A stretch of 64,000 nt of DNA. Source: Malacoraja senta (taxonomy: Eukaryota). Positions 1 to 12,786 of the stretch are shown here, piece after piece. Location of the stretch: the NCBI GenBank assembly GCA_038087875.1, contig CM075990.1, forward strand, positions 3,846,001 to 3,910,000, given 5' to 3'. The position numbers were made by a program, and so were the translations under genes. The notes beneath the pieces are model-generated. The model was not told where the DNA came from. It did no database searches and worked only from the letters and a program-made list of their open reading frames with translations. Numbering within the stretch: the stretch's first letter is position 1; every line of letters starts with the position of its first letter.

Positions 1-2074
1 GATAATAGTCTGCCTTCCCGCTTTTGCCACCAAAGTGGATAACCTCACATTTATCCACATTATACTGCATCTGCCAAACATTTGCCCACTCACCCAGCCT
101 ATCCAAGTCACCTTGCAGTCTCCTAGCATCCTCCTCACAGCTAACACTGTCCCCCAGCTTAGTGTCATCTGCAAACTTGGAGATGTTGCTTTCAATTCCC
201 TCATCCAGTTCATTAATATAAATTGTAAATAGCTGGGGTCCCAGCACTGAGCCTTGCGGTACCCCACTAGTCACTGCCTGCCATTGTGAAAAGGACCCGT
301 TTACTCCTACTCTTTGCTTCCCGTTTGCCAGCCAGTTCTCTATCCACATCAATACTGAACCCCCAATACCGTGTGATTTAAGTTTGTATCCTAATCTCTT
401 ATGTGGTACCTTGTCGAAAGCCTTCTGAAAGTCCAGATACAACACATCCACTGGTTCTCCCCTATCCACTCTACTAGTTACATCCTCGAAAAATTCTATA
501 AGATTCGTCAGACACGATTTACCTTTCGTAAATCCATGCTGACTTTGTCCAATGATTTCACCACTTTCCATATGTGCTGCTATCCCATCTTTAATAACTG
601 ACTCTAGCAGTTTCCCCACTACCGATGTTAGACTAACTGGTCTGTAATTCCCCGTTTTCTCTCTCCCTCCCTTCTTAAAAAGTGGGGTTACGTTTGCTAC
701 CCTCCAATCTTCAGGAACTACTCCAGAATCTAAAGAGTTTTGAAAAATTATCACTAATGCATCCACTATTTCTGGAGCTACTTCCTTAAGTACTCTGGGA
801 TTCAGCCTATCTGGCCCTGGTGATTTATCGGCCTTTAATCCATTCAATTTACCCAACACCACTTCCCGACTAACCTGGATTTCACTCAGTTCCTCCATCT
901 CCTTTGACCCGCGGCCCCCTGCTATTTCCGGCAGATTATTTATGTCTTCCTTAGTGAAGACGGAACCAAAGTAGTTATTCAATTGGTCTGCCATATCCTT
1001 GTTCCCCATGATCAATTCACCTGTTTCTGACTGCAAGGATCCTACATTTGTTTTAACTAATCTCTTTCTCTTCACATATCTATAAAAACTTTTGCAGTCA
1101 GTTTTTATGTTCCCTGCCAGTTTCCTTTCATAATCTATTTTCCCTTTCCTAATTAAGCCCTTTGTCCTCCTCTGCTGGTCTCTGAATTTCCCCCAGTCGT
1201 CTGGTATGCTGCTTTTTCTGGCTAATTTGTACGCATCATCTTTTGCTTTGATACTATCCCTGATTTCCCTTGTTATCCACGGATGCAATACCTTCCCTGA
1301 TTTCTTCTTTTGCCAAACTGGGATGAACAATTTTTGTAGTTCATCCATGCAGTCTTTAAATGCCTTCCATTGCATATCCACCGTCAACCCTTTTAGAAGT
1401 AATTGCCAGTCAATCTTGGCCAATTCACGTCTCATACCCTCAAAGTTACCTTTCTTTAAGTTCAGAACCGTTGTTTCTGAATTAACAATGTCACTCTCCA
1501 TCCTAATGAAGAACTCAACCATATTATGGTCACTCTTGCCCAAGGGGGCACGCACAACAAGACTGCTAACTAACCCTTCCTCATTACTCAATACCCAGTC
1601 TAGAATAGCCTGCTCTCTCGTTGGTTCCTCTACATGTTGGTTTAGATAACTATCCCGCATACATTCCAAGAAATCCTCTTCCTCAGCACCCCAGCCAATT
1701 TGATTCACCCAATCTATATGTAGATTGAAGTCACCCATTATAACTGTTTTGCCTTTGTTGCACGCATTTCTAATTTCCTGTTTGATGCCATCCCCAACTT
1801 CACTACTACTGCTAGGTGGCCTGCACACAACACCCACCAGCGTTTTCTGCCCCTTAGTGTTTCGCAGCTCTACCCATACCGATTCCACATCCTCCAAGCT
1901 AATGTCCTTCCTTTCCACTGCGTTAATCTCCTCTCTAACCAGCAACGCTACCCCACCTCCTTTTCCTTTCTCTCTATCCCTCCTGAATATTGAATATCCC
2001 TGGATGTTCAGCTCCCAGCCTTGGTCACCCTGGAGCCATATCTCCGTGATCCCAACTATATCATAATCATTAAT
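1..2074 (-). mobile_element. CR1-clade LINE, ORF2 (APE endonuclease to RT), downstream part; continues past window start; decayed
   Basis: Near-identical reverse complement of the + strand CR1 at 41127-43770; minus strand encodes NDYDIVGITEIWLQGDQGWELNIQGY (endonuclease N-terminal region) and GVPQGSVLGP...FADD RT motifs. Confidence 0.93.
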
Positions 2075-2300
2075 AGTAAGATTAAACGAGAACTTACCAG
2101 TTTGAAGTTTGATCTTTATTTTATGAGGAGTTACGTTGGTGATTATGTGAAGAACCCCGTCAGGGCGCATGCGCGTCAATCTTCAAAGCAGCGGTATGAA
2201 ATCACAGACAAAACCATAATTGAAGTAACATATTAAGATGATCAACATGAGAACTACCATTATGACCTTTTTTCTATGAGAGAGGGTTGGGCGTGGCGGG

Positions 2301-2404
2301 CACGTAATCACCAACGTAACTCCTCATAAAATAAAGATCAAACTTCAAACTGGTAAGTTCTCGTTTAATCTTACTTCGGAGTCACGTGAGTGACTACGTG
2401 AAGA
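2301..2404. repeat. DIRS internal complementary region (ICR)
   Basis: 2301-2375 is the reverse complement of 2075-2149 (one mismatch) and 2371-2404 is the reverse complement of 6852-6885, i.e. complementary to both element termini. Confidence 0.92.
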
Positions 2405-2613
2405 TTTTAAAGCTCTGTGATTTTTATGTCGCAGATCAAAATCCCGGCTTCTCACTGCATCGATTGACTGAGTATCATCAATAATGCTGTAAACATGACA
2501 TTGCATATCATGCAAAAACAAAACAGTTTTATTTTTGGTCATAAAACAACCAATAAACCCTCTTAATGTAGGGCAACAAACGAAACAGAATGAAACTGTA
2601 TTGAAAACAGACT

Positions 2614-3600
2614 TTAAACAATAGCAACAGCACTCAATATTGAGTTAGCAAACAGCCCTCCATCGGCAATCGGCCGATGGTAGTATTGCTGAAACACAAG
2701 TTCATTTTTCCAACCTGCGGCTTTTAATATATGGTCGATGGGAACGTCCATCGCCCTGGCCGCGGATGTTGCTACTGCGCTAGTGGAATGAGATGTAAAC
2801 ACATAAATGTTAATTCCTGCCTGAACCAACTCTTGCTTTAACCACCTTGAGATAGTCTGAACTGCCACTCTTTTATGTTGGCTTTTTGTAACTGACAAAT
2901 AATCCTGTTTCTTCTTGTCTTAAAGCCCTTGTGGCTTCAATGTAATGTAACAAATGTGTCCTTACACATAAACATGGAGCTGTAGGATATGCTGAGAACA
3001 CAATCTTAAAACCTGTCACACCTGGCCTGCTTTGTTTGAGCAGGTCAGAATATAAAACAGAACATTCTCTGTATTCACTTCCATTCTCTCGAACTGAAGT
3101 TTTTTGGAAAGTCTGCACTGTCTGTACTGACACCAATGCCATTAGCATAGCCAATTTCATGGTTAATTTTAACAAAGTTATAGCCGTGACAGGGACCCAA
3201 TGACGAAGTATGTTACGAACAACGCTTACCTCGCAGATTACCATATACCTAGGCTTAGGCGGTTTGGAATTAGATTCCTTTCATCAACCTAGATATGAGA
3301 GGGTGAGAACCTATACTTTGTGTCCGTGTACCTATTACAAGATATGCCGACCAAGCACTTCTAGCTGTATTGATAGCAGTATAGCTAAGACCTTCATCAT
3401 AATAAAGTGTAGATAAACTCTAACACATTTTCAATAACTACAGTATCATATTGAATATTCTTTTGAACACAATATTGTTCCTTTTTTTTTCTTTTTTTTT
3501 TTTCCATAAGTCATATACTGTTTTTGAGTACTCTTTCTCCAGACTGCAGCGAGTATATACACCGTTGGCCTAGAAAGTCCTCGACCAATGTAAGGCATTC
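2614..3600 (-). pseudogene. DIRS tyrosine recombinase, frameshifted
   Basis: ORFs 2873-3244 (LTMKLAMLMALVS...) and 2614-2898 (SHSTSAVATSAA...AAGWKNELVFQQYYHRPI; HSTR-like box and catalytic Tyr region); upstream boundary approximate. Confidence 0.85.
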
Positions 3601-3779
3601 TTGAAACCTGCAAACTAACAGATCCATACTGTCACATAACGGATGAACTTAATGCGTTACTGGATGCTCCAGCAAATTCCTACTGTTTGGAATCAGCAAA
3701 AAGAGGTTGGATCGCTATCTGTAACATCAAAGGGAACCATGGTTGAATCAGGCAATTTGGTATCACCAAAACCCTTGAA

Positions 3780-3930
3780 GCGGCATCCTGCTTGATTTTC
3801 TCAAACACCGACCTACGAGGCAGAATGGTGGGAAAATGTACACAAACATATCATCCCAATTTAGTGAAAAAGCATCAATTGCCACTGTCCCTGGATCTGG
3901 TGCCTATGAAACATATTTTGGCCTTCCATA
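3780..3930 (-). pseudogene. DIRS methyltransferase-like (MT) domain remnant
   Basis: Manual translation RPKYVS*APDPGTVAIDAFSLNWDDMFVYIFPPF matches the DAF..W...Y.FPP signature of the DIRS MT domain; in-frame stop. Confidence 0.75.
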
Positions 3931-3989
3931 TAGAAGTACTATGTTCTTGAACACATCCTGGTTCCACATCCACTCTGTGTTATGATGGA

Positions 3990-5250
3990 ATTTTCGTGAG
4001 CTGCCATCTGGTACTACATTAAGTTTCCCTGGCAGATAGATAGCTCCAATCCAAATCTCTCTATCCCTACTCCAGGTCCAATTGTATTTGCCAACCTGTC
4101 ACATGATAACAATTTGATTCCACCCATGTGATTCATATCAGCAACTGCTGCAGTGTTGTCTATTTTGCACTGCACATGCAAACTAGTTTAGTTAGTGCCA
4201 TAAGCCTTGAGTCCATAAAATAGTCTTGGTTAATTCCCCATGTTTGCAGAAGCAATGTTCATCTGTCTCCACCGCTGGATCTTGTATCAGTAGCACCCTA
4301 CCCAAGTGCTCTGACATCTGTCTGCAAATCATGGAAGCTTGGTCCAATAACACTTTGGAACTACTAGTGGACACATGCTGAATCCACCATTGTACATCAG
4401 CAACAGCCTCTATTGATAGAAGCATAGGTCTATTATAATGACCCCAATGTATCCTCAATGCTTGTTCCTTTGACCTTTGTAATTGTAGATAATAAAGTGG
4501 CCATATTGAACTGCTGGAAATGCTGCCAGCCATTACCACAGCAGTCTTGTCACCTAGCTAATTGAAGGCTGTGTGTTAGCAATTAACTTGATATAGCTCT
4601 TAATTAGCTCTACCCTTTTTTGCCTGGGCAAGGTCACAATGATGTTGATTAAGTCCATTGTGAACCCAACTAGTCAATTTGTGTCACAGGTATAAATTTA
4701 GATTCCTCAGAATAGTTTATAAAGCCCAATTAAAAAATGGTTTTTACCAACTGCCACTGATGCTTCAGCTGTTTCCTTTGATTGTCCTACAATCAAGATA
4801 TTATCTAGAAAAGCCATGAGCACATGGCCTTGACTTCTCATCATGCCTAGAATAGGTTTTAACAACTTTGTAATCCCTCTAGGAGCTGAAGACAAACCAT
4901 TAGGCAGTGGATTGTATTGGCATAATTCCCCATCCAGCTGAATTTTAAATCTTCTATCCTGGAAATGAACAGACACTGAATCCGCATCTTTAAGATCTCC
5001 TTCACAAACGTTTCCATCTTAAAATGTCTATACCGTACAAAAGGGTTAAGCCTATTCAGGTCTGTATAATTCTGCATCCCCCCATCCTTTTTTGGTCTGG
5101 GAAAGATATTGGACACAAACTGATGGCTTTGGTAAACTGCCTTAGCAATTACACCTTTATTACATCAGCTTGCAAGTTCCAGCTGAACTTCCAATTGTTT
5201 AGTGATACTGAAGTCAAACTCCTTTTTTGGAACATGTTGCATGGGTAAAT
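3990..5250 (-). pseudogene. DIRS reverse transcriptase and RNase H, frameshifted
   Basis: SNIFPRPKKDGG..DLNRLNPFVRYRHFKMET; LPNGLSSAPRGITKLLKP...AFLDNILI (YLDD motif decayed); KIDNTAAVA and IYLPGKLNVVPD RNase H motifs. Confidence 0.88.
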
Positions 5251-5414
5251 CAGAATTTGCATTTAAGCTTTATTTGATGCCCTTGAATAACCTTCAGTAT
5301 AAACATATCTGAGGTAAACATTTAATTGTATCACATTAGATCTGTCTACATGAGAACCAGACCCTCTTACCTCCTTACCACCTGGCATTCTTCCCCGGCC
5401 TCGAGCTGGATATC

Positions 5415-6836
5415 TCACCTCCGTGGCGGTGCTATAGCCGAACGCCAACTGCGCTGCATCGTAGCTGGACTCGTCCCTTGCCCGGACCAGTCTGCTCCCT
5501 TATAGGGATACTTCCGCTTTGGTGAATACGTGGCTGCCGTCTTAGCCTCCTCCTCCAGCTCCTTCACCTGCTGTGCGAAATCCTCGCCAAACAGCTGTGC
5601 CAGTTGCACTGTGCCAGGCTGGCAGAGTGAAGCATATTTAGCATTGATGGTTGGTCTAATCGCATCTTGCGGAGGCAATTGATCTCAAAGTGGGCACTCC
5701 ACAATAGCGCCTTTTGTTGTAATTTGTCATGACCTCTCCATCCACCATCCTGGCAAAGCTCGTTATACCAGATGCCAGCAACTTTAAAAATATGCTGGAG
5801 CTTCACATGCTCCTGGGCTTTCATTAGTATGCCCATCTTACCCCAATTCTTCCTGTTCCCAACAGGAACTTTTAACAGTCCACAGTTGATTGGGGCTTCA
5901 TACTTCGTTACTGTCTCATCCATTGTCAGCTCCTGTAGCTGATGTGAGACTTGGTAATTTATGCTGGTGGCAAGTTCCTCACCCAGAGGCTCACCAGCAT
6001 CCGACGACATGGCAAACCGTGCTGCACACGGTGTCAGCTCTGACAGCTGCCTGCCCTCCCTTTGGAAGTCGTCGGACTCGGGGTCAGAGCATATCTGCCC
6101 TTCTGCACTCACCTCTTGCAAAGAGGGTGCTTTCAAGCAGGCCTCTACTAGGCACTGCCAGCGGAGCCGTCCCCACGGCCTCCCGCCTGCACAACTCCTC
6201 CTGGAGTATGGTTTTATGAAGCAGACCTCTCCTAGGCACTGCCAGCGGAGCCTTCCCTAAGGCTTCCCGCCTGCACTACTCCTCCTGGAGTTGTGGCTTT
6301 ATGAGGCAGACCTCTCCTAGGCACTGCCAGCAGAGCCTTCCCTATGGCTTCCCACCTGCACTACTCCTCCTGGAGCGTCTCTGTGGAGCAGCCCCTGTAT
6401 GAGCTGCTCCTTTTGGATAACCGCTGGGGAACGGTATCCTGTCCCCGACGGGACTCTCGTGGCCCGACTCTGCGGAGTCTATAGCCCTGACAGACTTAAC
6501 TTATGCCGACCGCCCGACTGGCGTTGGCTGTGTACCCGGCTGGGCACTTTGCCAAGTCTGTCGCTGCACCGCTACCAGCTTGCGACTCCCCCGAGGTGAC
6601 AGGCTGCCTTTCAGAGACTGCGTCCCGCAGCTCTCGCTCTCCTTGTCGGCAGCAGCCTGCACCTTTTCCTTGTTCCTGTATGTGCGGGAAAAAACACACA
6701 AAACAATTTCTTTACTTTTTTCTAACTCCTCCAAAGTCTCCCCGACTTTGGTGGAGCTGTATTTACTCACGTTGCAGCAGGAGCTCCGAGCTCCGGCTGC
6801 CGTTGTCGCCAATGCGTCAGACGTAATGACGCGCAT
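5415..6836 (-). pseudogene. DIRS gag-like ORF1, frameshifted
   Basis: Overlapping ORF pieces 6501-6836, 5564-6136, 5415-5678 (LFGEDFAQQVKEL resembles DIRS gag C-terminal region) upstream of RT. Confidence 0.65.
6142..6375. repeat. ~2.8 tandem copies of an 84-85 bp unit inside DIRS gag
   Basis: cctctMctaggcactgccagc... recurs at 6142, 6226 and 6311. Confidence 0.9.
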
Positions 6837-6885
6837 GCGCCCTGACGGGGTTCTTCACGTAGTCACTCACGTGACTCCGAAGTAA

Positions 6886-7271
6886 AATTGCTATCTGCAC
6901 GTTCAACTCATCCACCTTATTATGAATGCTCCTTGCATTGAGACACAAAGCCTTCAGGCTTGTTTTTACAACGCTCTTACCCCTTATACAATTATGTTGA
7001 AAAGTGGCCCTTTTTGATTTTTGCCCTGGATTTGTCTGCCTGCCACTTTTACTTTTCACCTTGCTACCTATTGCTTCCGCCCGCATTTTACACCCCTCTG
7101 TTTCTCTGCTCACCCTTTAAGAACCCCACCACCTCTTATTCTCTGTTTATTATTGTTTTCTTCTTTCCCCCTACATGTTGGGTCTGAGTGCTTTCCTTCT
7201 CTGCCTCCTGCCTCACACACTGTCTAATAGCATTCTCTATTTGAGTCCCTCCCCCCAACCATTCTAGTTTA
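6886..7271 (-). mobile_element. CR1 LINE upstream segment (ORF2 start and spacer), continuation of the 1-2074 element
   Basis: Encodes KTSLKALCLNARSIHNKVDELNVQIAI, which joins in frame to NDYDIVG at 2071 when the DIRS is removed. Confidence 0.9.
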
Positions 7272-7825
7272 TCAATGATCAGGTGATCAATGGTCGGTGT
7301 TGACTCAGTGGGCCGAAGGGCTTGTTTCCCAGTTGTATCTCTAAACTAAACGTTAACATTTAATTATTACTAAATAAATAAATAAATGCATCTCTGGAGA
7401 ACATGGGCAGGTGACGTTTCAGGTCAGGACCTCTCCTCAGACTTGAACCAGACCTGAATTGTTGCCTGTTCTTCAGAGATGCTGTCTGAGTTACTCCAGC
7501 AGTCGAAGTGGTTTTTGCAAACCACTATCTGCAGTTCCTTGTTGTCTATGTTTTAATGAAGAAAATCTGTCATCCGTACCAGTGTTGAGCCTGATGGTTG
7601 ATGGGCAGATGTTCTTGAACCTGGAGGTCACGGTTTTCAGACTCCTATACTTTCAACGTGATGGCAGAAGTGAAATGAGAGCATGGCCAGGGTGGTGTGG
7701 GTCCCTGATGATGCTGGCTGCCTTTTTGAATATTCATACAAGGACACCTGGCCTAGTTCTCGGAACCACCACGTTGAGATATTTTGGCCCTCAAGAACCT
7801 CACAGTGGTAGAGTTGCTGCCTGAT

Positions 7826-8193
7826 AATCTCATTGAAACATATAAGATTGTTCAGGGTTTGGACACGCTAGAGGCAGGAACCATGTTCCCGATGTTGGGC
7901 GAGTCCAGAACCAGGGGCCACAGTTTAAGAATAAGGAGTAAGCCATTAGAATGGAGACGAGGAAACACTTTTTCCTCACAGAGTGTGTAATTCTCTGCCT
8001 CAAAAGGCAGTGGAGGCAGGTTCTCTAGATGCTTTCAAGAGAGAGCTAGATAGGGCTCTTAAAAATAGTGGAGTCAGGGGATATGGGGAGAAGGCAGGAA
8101 CTGGGTACTGATTGGGGATGATCAGCCATGATCACATTGAATGGTGGTGCTGGCTCGAAGGGCCGAATGGCCTACTCCTGCCCCTATTGTCTA
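7826..8193 (+). mobile_element. CR1/HER1-type LINE 3' fragment (similar 3' fragments at ~9083-9415, 12320-12515, 15150-15497, 16250-16465, 18175-18497, 21035-21200, 22080-22370, 36320-36460, 40395-40537, 48742-48890)
   Basis: LIETYKIV...ESRTRGHSLRIR ORF2 C-terminus followed by gggccgaatggcctactcctgc stem-loop and ctattgt tail. Confidence 0.85.
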
Positions 8194-9489
8194 TAACGCC
8201 AGAGACCCGGGATCGATCCTGACTAGCATCCTTCTGTCTGTACGGAGTTCATACGTTCTCCCTGTGACCACCAGGGTTTTCTCAGGGTTCTCCGGTTCCC
8301 TCCCACATTCCAAAGAGGTGCAGGTTTGTAGGTAAATTGGCTTCTATAAATTGTCCCCAGTGTGTGGGATAGAACTAGTGTACGGGTGATCACTGGTCGG
8401 CATCGACTCGCTGGGCCAAAGGTCCTGTTTCCATGCCATGTCTCTAAAAAACCTAAACTAAACTCAAGCTCTTCAGGTTACCATGGTCCAATTCCATGCC
8501 CCCAGTGAGTTGCTTTTGCTCCTGGATGACCGAATCTATGAAGCGTTAATGTTGTCATTCTTGTTTTCAGGTCCACACTCCCACTCTCCATCCCGACCCA
8601 GGCACGAGATTGTAAGGGAACCTCTATCCATCTGAAGAAACAGCCCAATCCGAAACATCACCTGTCCATGTTCGCCAGAGATGCTGCCTGACCCGCTGAG
8701 TTACTCCAGCACTTTGTGTCCTTTTCCTACTCATGTACCTTTTTTTTAAATGTTGTATTCGCCCCTACCCCAACGACCTCCTCTGGCACTTCGCCCCATA
8801 CACCCATCACACTCCGTGTGATTTTCTCCTCAGTTACACATGAAATTTTTCCCCTTTCCCAATTTGTGTCTTTTCCAGTAAGCCAACATCTGCAGTTCCT
8901 GGCGTCTGCATTCTGCTCTTCATGGTTTATTTCCCCATAGCACATTCACTCCACCACTGCTAGCTGTCCCTTGTGCCCTCCCTCTGATCTCCGGACCCGA
9001 ACCTCTCCAGTTCCCCGTCTCCTTGACCAAACTTTTGCTCACTTTGTAATGGTACCTTATGTGGTTCAGGCTTAACGATTGAAACATAGAAAATAGGTGC
9101 AGGAGTAGGCCTTTTGGTCCTTCGAGCCAGCACCGCCATTCAATATGATCATGGCTGATCATCCAAAATCGGTACCCCGTTCCTGCTTTCTCCCCATATC
9201 CCTTCATTCCGTTAGCCCTAGGTGCCAAATCTAACTCTCTCTTGAAAACATCCAGTGAATTGGCCTCCACTGCCTTCTGTGGCAGAGAATTCCACAGATT
9301 CACAACTCTCTGGGTGAAAACGTTTTTACTCATCTCAATCCTAAATGGCCTAACCCTGATTCTTAAACAGTGACCCCTGGTTCTGGACTCCCCCAACATG
9401 GGGAACCTTTTTCCTCGCACACTGATAAACCTCCGTCAAGGCATGAAGGGGGCATCTCGACACCCTCAAGGCTTTGTAAGGTCACAAGT

Positions 9490-11200
9490 TATTATAATAA
9501 TAATAAACTTTATTTCAGACTCAAGGTCCAGACAAGGGGCAACATTACATAAAAATACATTGCATATAAAAAGACCATAAAATACATACAAAATCTTAGT
9601 GTGTCACTTATAAAAGCATCATAAATTATATATTTAAAAAAAACACAATACATGATTTGAAATCCAGAATGCCCTACAACGAGACAGCGATACCAGTGTC
9701 TCTACAACTGGGATTCATAGCGTGTCGTGCTAAACCTTATGTTTGACAAGGCCACGATAATTACATTTTTAGAGTCATTTATCCTGCAAACGAATTTGTA
9801 CATATGATTTCTTAGGATAGCTTCTAAAGTACTGACTCCTGCAGCCACAAACATGTTACCTGCACTACACCATCTAGGTTTCCTCGGCAGGGTTCTCATG
9901 GCATCATTATAGGCCACTTTTAGTCTCTGCACACTTGGCCTTCCGTAGTTCGATCACAGGTACGCAGTGTAGAGTGGTGCAATATGCTCTAAACAGCGAC
10001 ATCTTCATCACATCTGTACATGCACCAAACTTACGCAAGAGAATATTCGCCTGTACATATAGCATACTTTGTTGCCTATAACTATCCTCATCATCTGTCA
10101 TTTGTTCTGTCATAAAATGCCCAAAATATTTTACCTTATTGCAGACACTAAGATTATTGTCAGACAATTTAAAATCAGGACATTTTAGGCATTTATCCTC
10201 TTTGGTTCTACAGATCATAACAGCACTCTTACAAGCATTATATTTAATATCATGTTCCACACCATACACAGAACATATAGTAAGGAGCTGCTGTAGACCA
10301 GCGCTAGATGGACTAAATGTATCATAATATGGTTCACTAAAATATTACCAATCATGCACCCAGTATTACAGGCTTTCAATTGCTTGGACAGATCATCAAT
10401 ATAAAGATTAAAAAGGACTGGGGACAAAATCCCCCCTTGTCTAACACCATTGCTAACCCCAAATGGGGCTGAGACCCTATTGCCCCATTTTATTTGCATA
10501 GTCTGGTGGGCATACCAGTAAGCCAGAATTCTCACAATGTATTTAGGCACCGCTCTTTGACTCATTTTAACAAACAGCTTCCTATGATTAACACGATCAA
10601 AGGCTTTGGAAACATCAATAAAGCAGCGTTTGAAGAGTTTTTGCCTCTATATTTGTTTACAATCTCCTTTAGGGCACATATGCACAAGTCAGTGCCATGT
10701 TTAGCTTTAAAACCCAACTGGTTATCTGTGCAGTTAACAAACTCATTTACTCTATCCAGCAGAACTCTTTCTAGGACTTTTGACAATATGCTGGCTAAAG
10801 CTATGGGCCTGTAATTATTTAGGCTGCCTATTTTACCAGCTTTCTCCTTAATGACCGGCACTAGCAGAACAGACAACATTGAGTCTGGTAACAAGCCATG
10901 AATCATAAAGCCAGTAAAACAAATAGCAAGGAGAGGAGCTATCCTGATACTCGCATACTTAAGATGTTCAGCAGAAATATGATCCAAGCCACTTGCTTTG
11001 TTGTTGGACAGCTTGTTCATGGCATGATATACCTCATGTGACATAATCACCATTGAGTCATTACTCTCAATATTGTCCACCATTTACAAATCACCTTGTA
11101 CACAGTTGAATAAAGTATTATAATGTAGTCGCCATAACTCCGCGATATTAGCTGTTCTGGAGATTCCATCTAACAGTGCATGGTAGAGAAGTTTTGTGAC
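9490..11200 (-). mobile_element. RTE-X-like non-LTR retrotransposon, 5'-truncated, decayed
   Basis: RT pieces NYRPIALASILSKVLE, NQLGFKAKHGTDLC, GVRQGGILSPVLFNLYIDDL; YADD region appears deleted near 10320; 3' end gtctgaaataaag plus (ATT)n tail; clade call tentative. Confidence 0.75.
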
Positions 11201-11927
11201 TGAAATTGATATTTCTATTGTTTATTTTAACATAGCCATCTAACATAGTATTCCCACATCTATGTGCAGACATCTACTCCTCCGTACTTTAAATAAGGCC
11301 CTGATCTGCAAGTATAAAGGATGCATTAAGCCCGCACCAGTCGACACTCTCCTGTGAATTCAATGGGAATTTGGGGTTGAAGACCAGATCTGTACCGAGC
11401 CTCTGTGTGGGGATGAAAGGGTGTGAGGGCTGTTGGCTCTCGGCAAGAGAGCCTCTGTGTTCATTCTGGCAGAGGAGCTCAGCGCTGGAAACGCAATACG
11501 GCCCAACGCGACCCACACCGTTGCCGTGGGAGCTCGCTTGGGACATGGGCCACAGTCAATGCAGTTACCAAGGGGGTGTGCTGAATCAAGCTGAGTTTAG
11601 TTTAGAGATACAGCGCGCAAACAGGCCCTTTGGCCCACCGAGTCCAAGCCGACCAGCGATCGCCCGTACACTACACACTAGAGACAGCTTCCAAGCAACC
11701 AATTAACCTACAAAACCACAAGTCTTTGGAACGTGGGAGGAAACCGGTGCACCAAAAAAAATCCCCAACCAAATCACCCTTCACCAACAACACAAACACT
11801 CCAATCCTGTTAACATCCTAGTGAATCTTTTCTGCATGCGTTCCAGCTTAATGACTTCTTTCCTACGGCTGGAAGAGCAGAACTGTGCGCAATGCTTTCC
11901 TATTTCCAAACTCCAGTCCTCTTGCGA

Positions 11928-12222
11928 CACGGTGGCGCAGCAGTAGAGTTGCCGCCTCACAGTGCCAGAGTCCCAGGTTCAACCCTGACTACTGGTGCTT
12001 GTCTGTACGGAGTCTATACGTTCTCCCCGTGACCTGCGTGGGGTTTCTCTAAGATCTTCGGTTTCCTCCCACTCTTCAAAGACGAATGGGTTTGTAGGTT
12101 AATTGGCTTGGTATAAATATAAATTGTCCCTAGTGTGTGCAGGACAGCGAGTGCGGGGATCACTGGTCGGTGTGGTCTCGGTCGGGCGAAGGGCCTGTTC
12201 CCACGCTGTCTCACTAAATAAA
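11928..12222 (+). mobile_element. tRNA-derived V-SINE (HE1-like)
   Basis: A box (ggtggcgcagcagtag), B box-like (ggttcaaccc), V-domain tgtctgtacggag...ctccccgtgacc, LINE-like tail gggcgaagggcctgt. Confidence 0.85.
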
Positions 12223-12786
12223 CTTAAAATAGATGGCTATTGGCAGTTCCGGTATATGAATCATCCTCCATGGTTGATGTCACTCTTAAATCACTGTTGC
12301 ACCAGTACCAATGACAATAAACAATAGACAATAGGTGCAGGAGTAGGCCATTTCGCCCGTCGAGCCAGCACCGCCATTCAATGTGATCATGGCTGATCAT
12401 CCACAATCACTACCCCGTTCCTGCCTTCTCCCCCCTATCCCCTGTCTTCGCTATTTTTAAGAGCCTTATCTAGCTCTCTCTTGAAAGCATCCAGAGAACC
12501 TGCCTCCACCGCCCTCTCTTGCCCTGTACTGTACTAATGGGTTCTGGTAGAATAAAGGCTGAGTGTATGGGTCAGCAGCCATTGTTCTGGGCCAGTGATC
12601 CAGGAACAGTGGTGAAAATCCACCAAGGCAGCTGGAAATTAGTGCAATTAAATACATTTGCAATTTTTCAAAAATCTGGTTTGGGTCACGTTAACCACGT
12701 TTGATTTTGTTTAAAAAAAAAACACTTGGTTCACTGGCAACCTTTAGTGAAGGGGTAAAAAAAATAATCACAAAGTACAGGAGTAA

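Larger units (their letters stand above)
2075..6885 (-). mobile_element. DIRS1-type tyrosine-recombinase retrotransposon, full length structurally, ORFs decayed
   Basis: gag-like, RT, RNase H, methyltransferase-like and YR remnants in canonical order on minus strand; inverted terminal repeat 2147-2178 vs 6827-6858; internal complementary region 2301-2404; AAT at both junctions (2072-2074, 6886-6888). Confidence 0.93.

Noticed and set aside
1206..2066. + strand ORFs of 113-147 aa (and mirror ORFs at 13621-14013, 41323-41766, 43008-43400)
   Set aside because: Antisense shadows of CR1 ORF2.
8560..8620. Exon-like segment (ttgttttcag|gtcc...gatt|gtaagg) on + strand
   Set aside because: Only ~41 nt, no recognisable peptide and no partner exons; could be chance.
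11289..11590. Non-repetitive-looking GC-richer patch with short ORFs
   Set aside because: No recognisable protein, convincing splice sites or RNA structure; cannot support a call.
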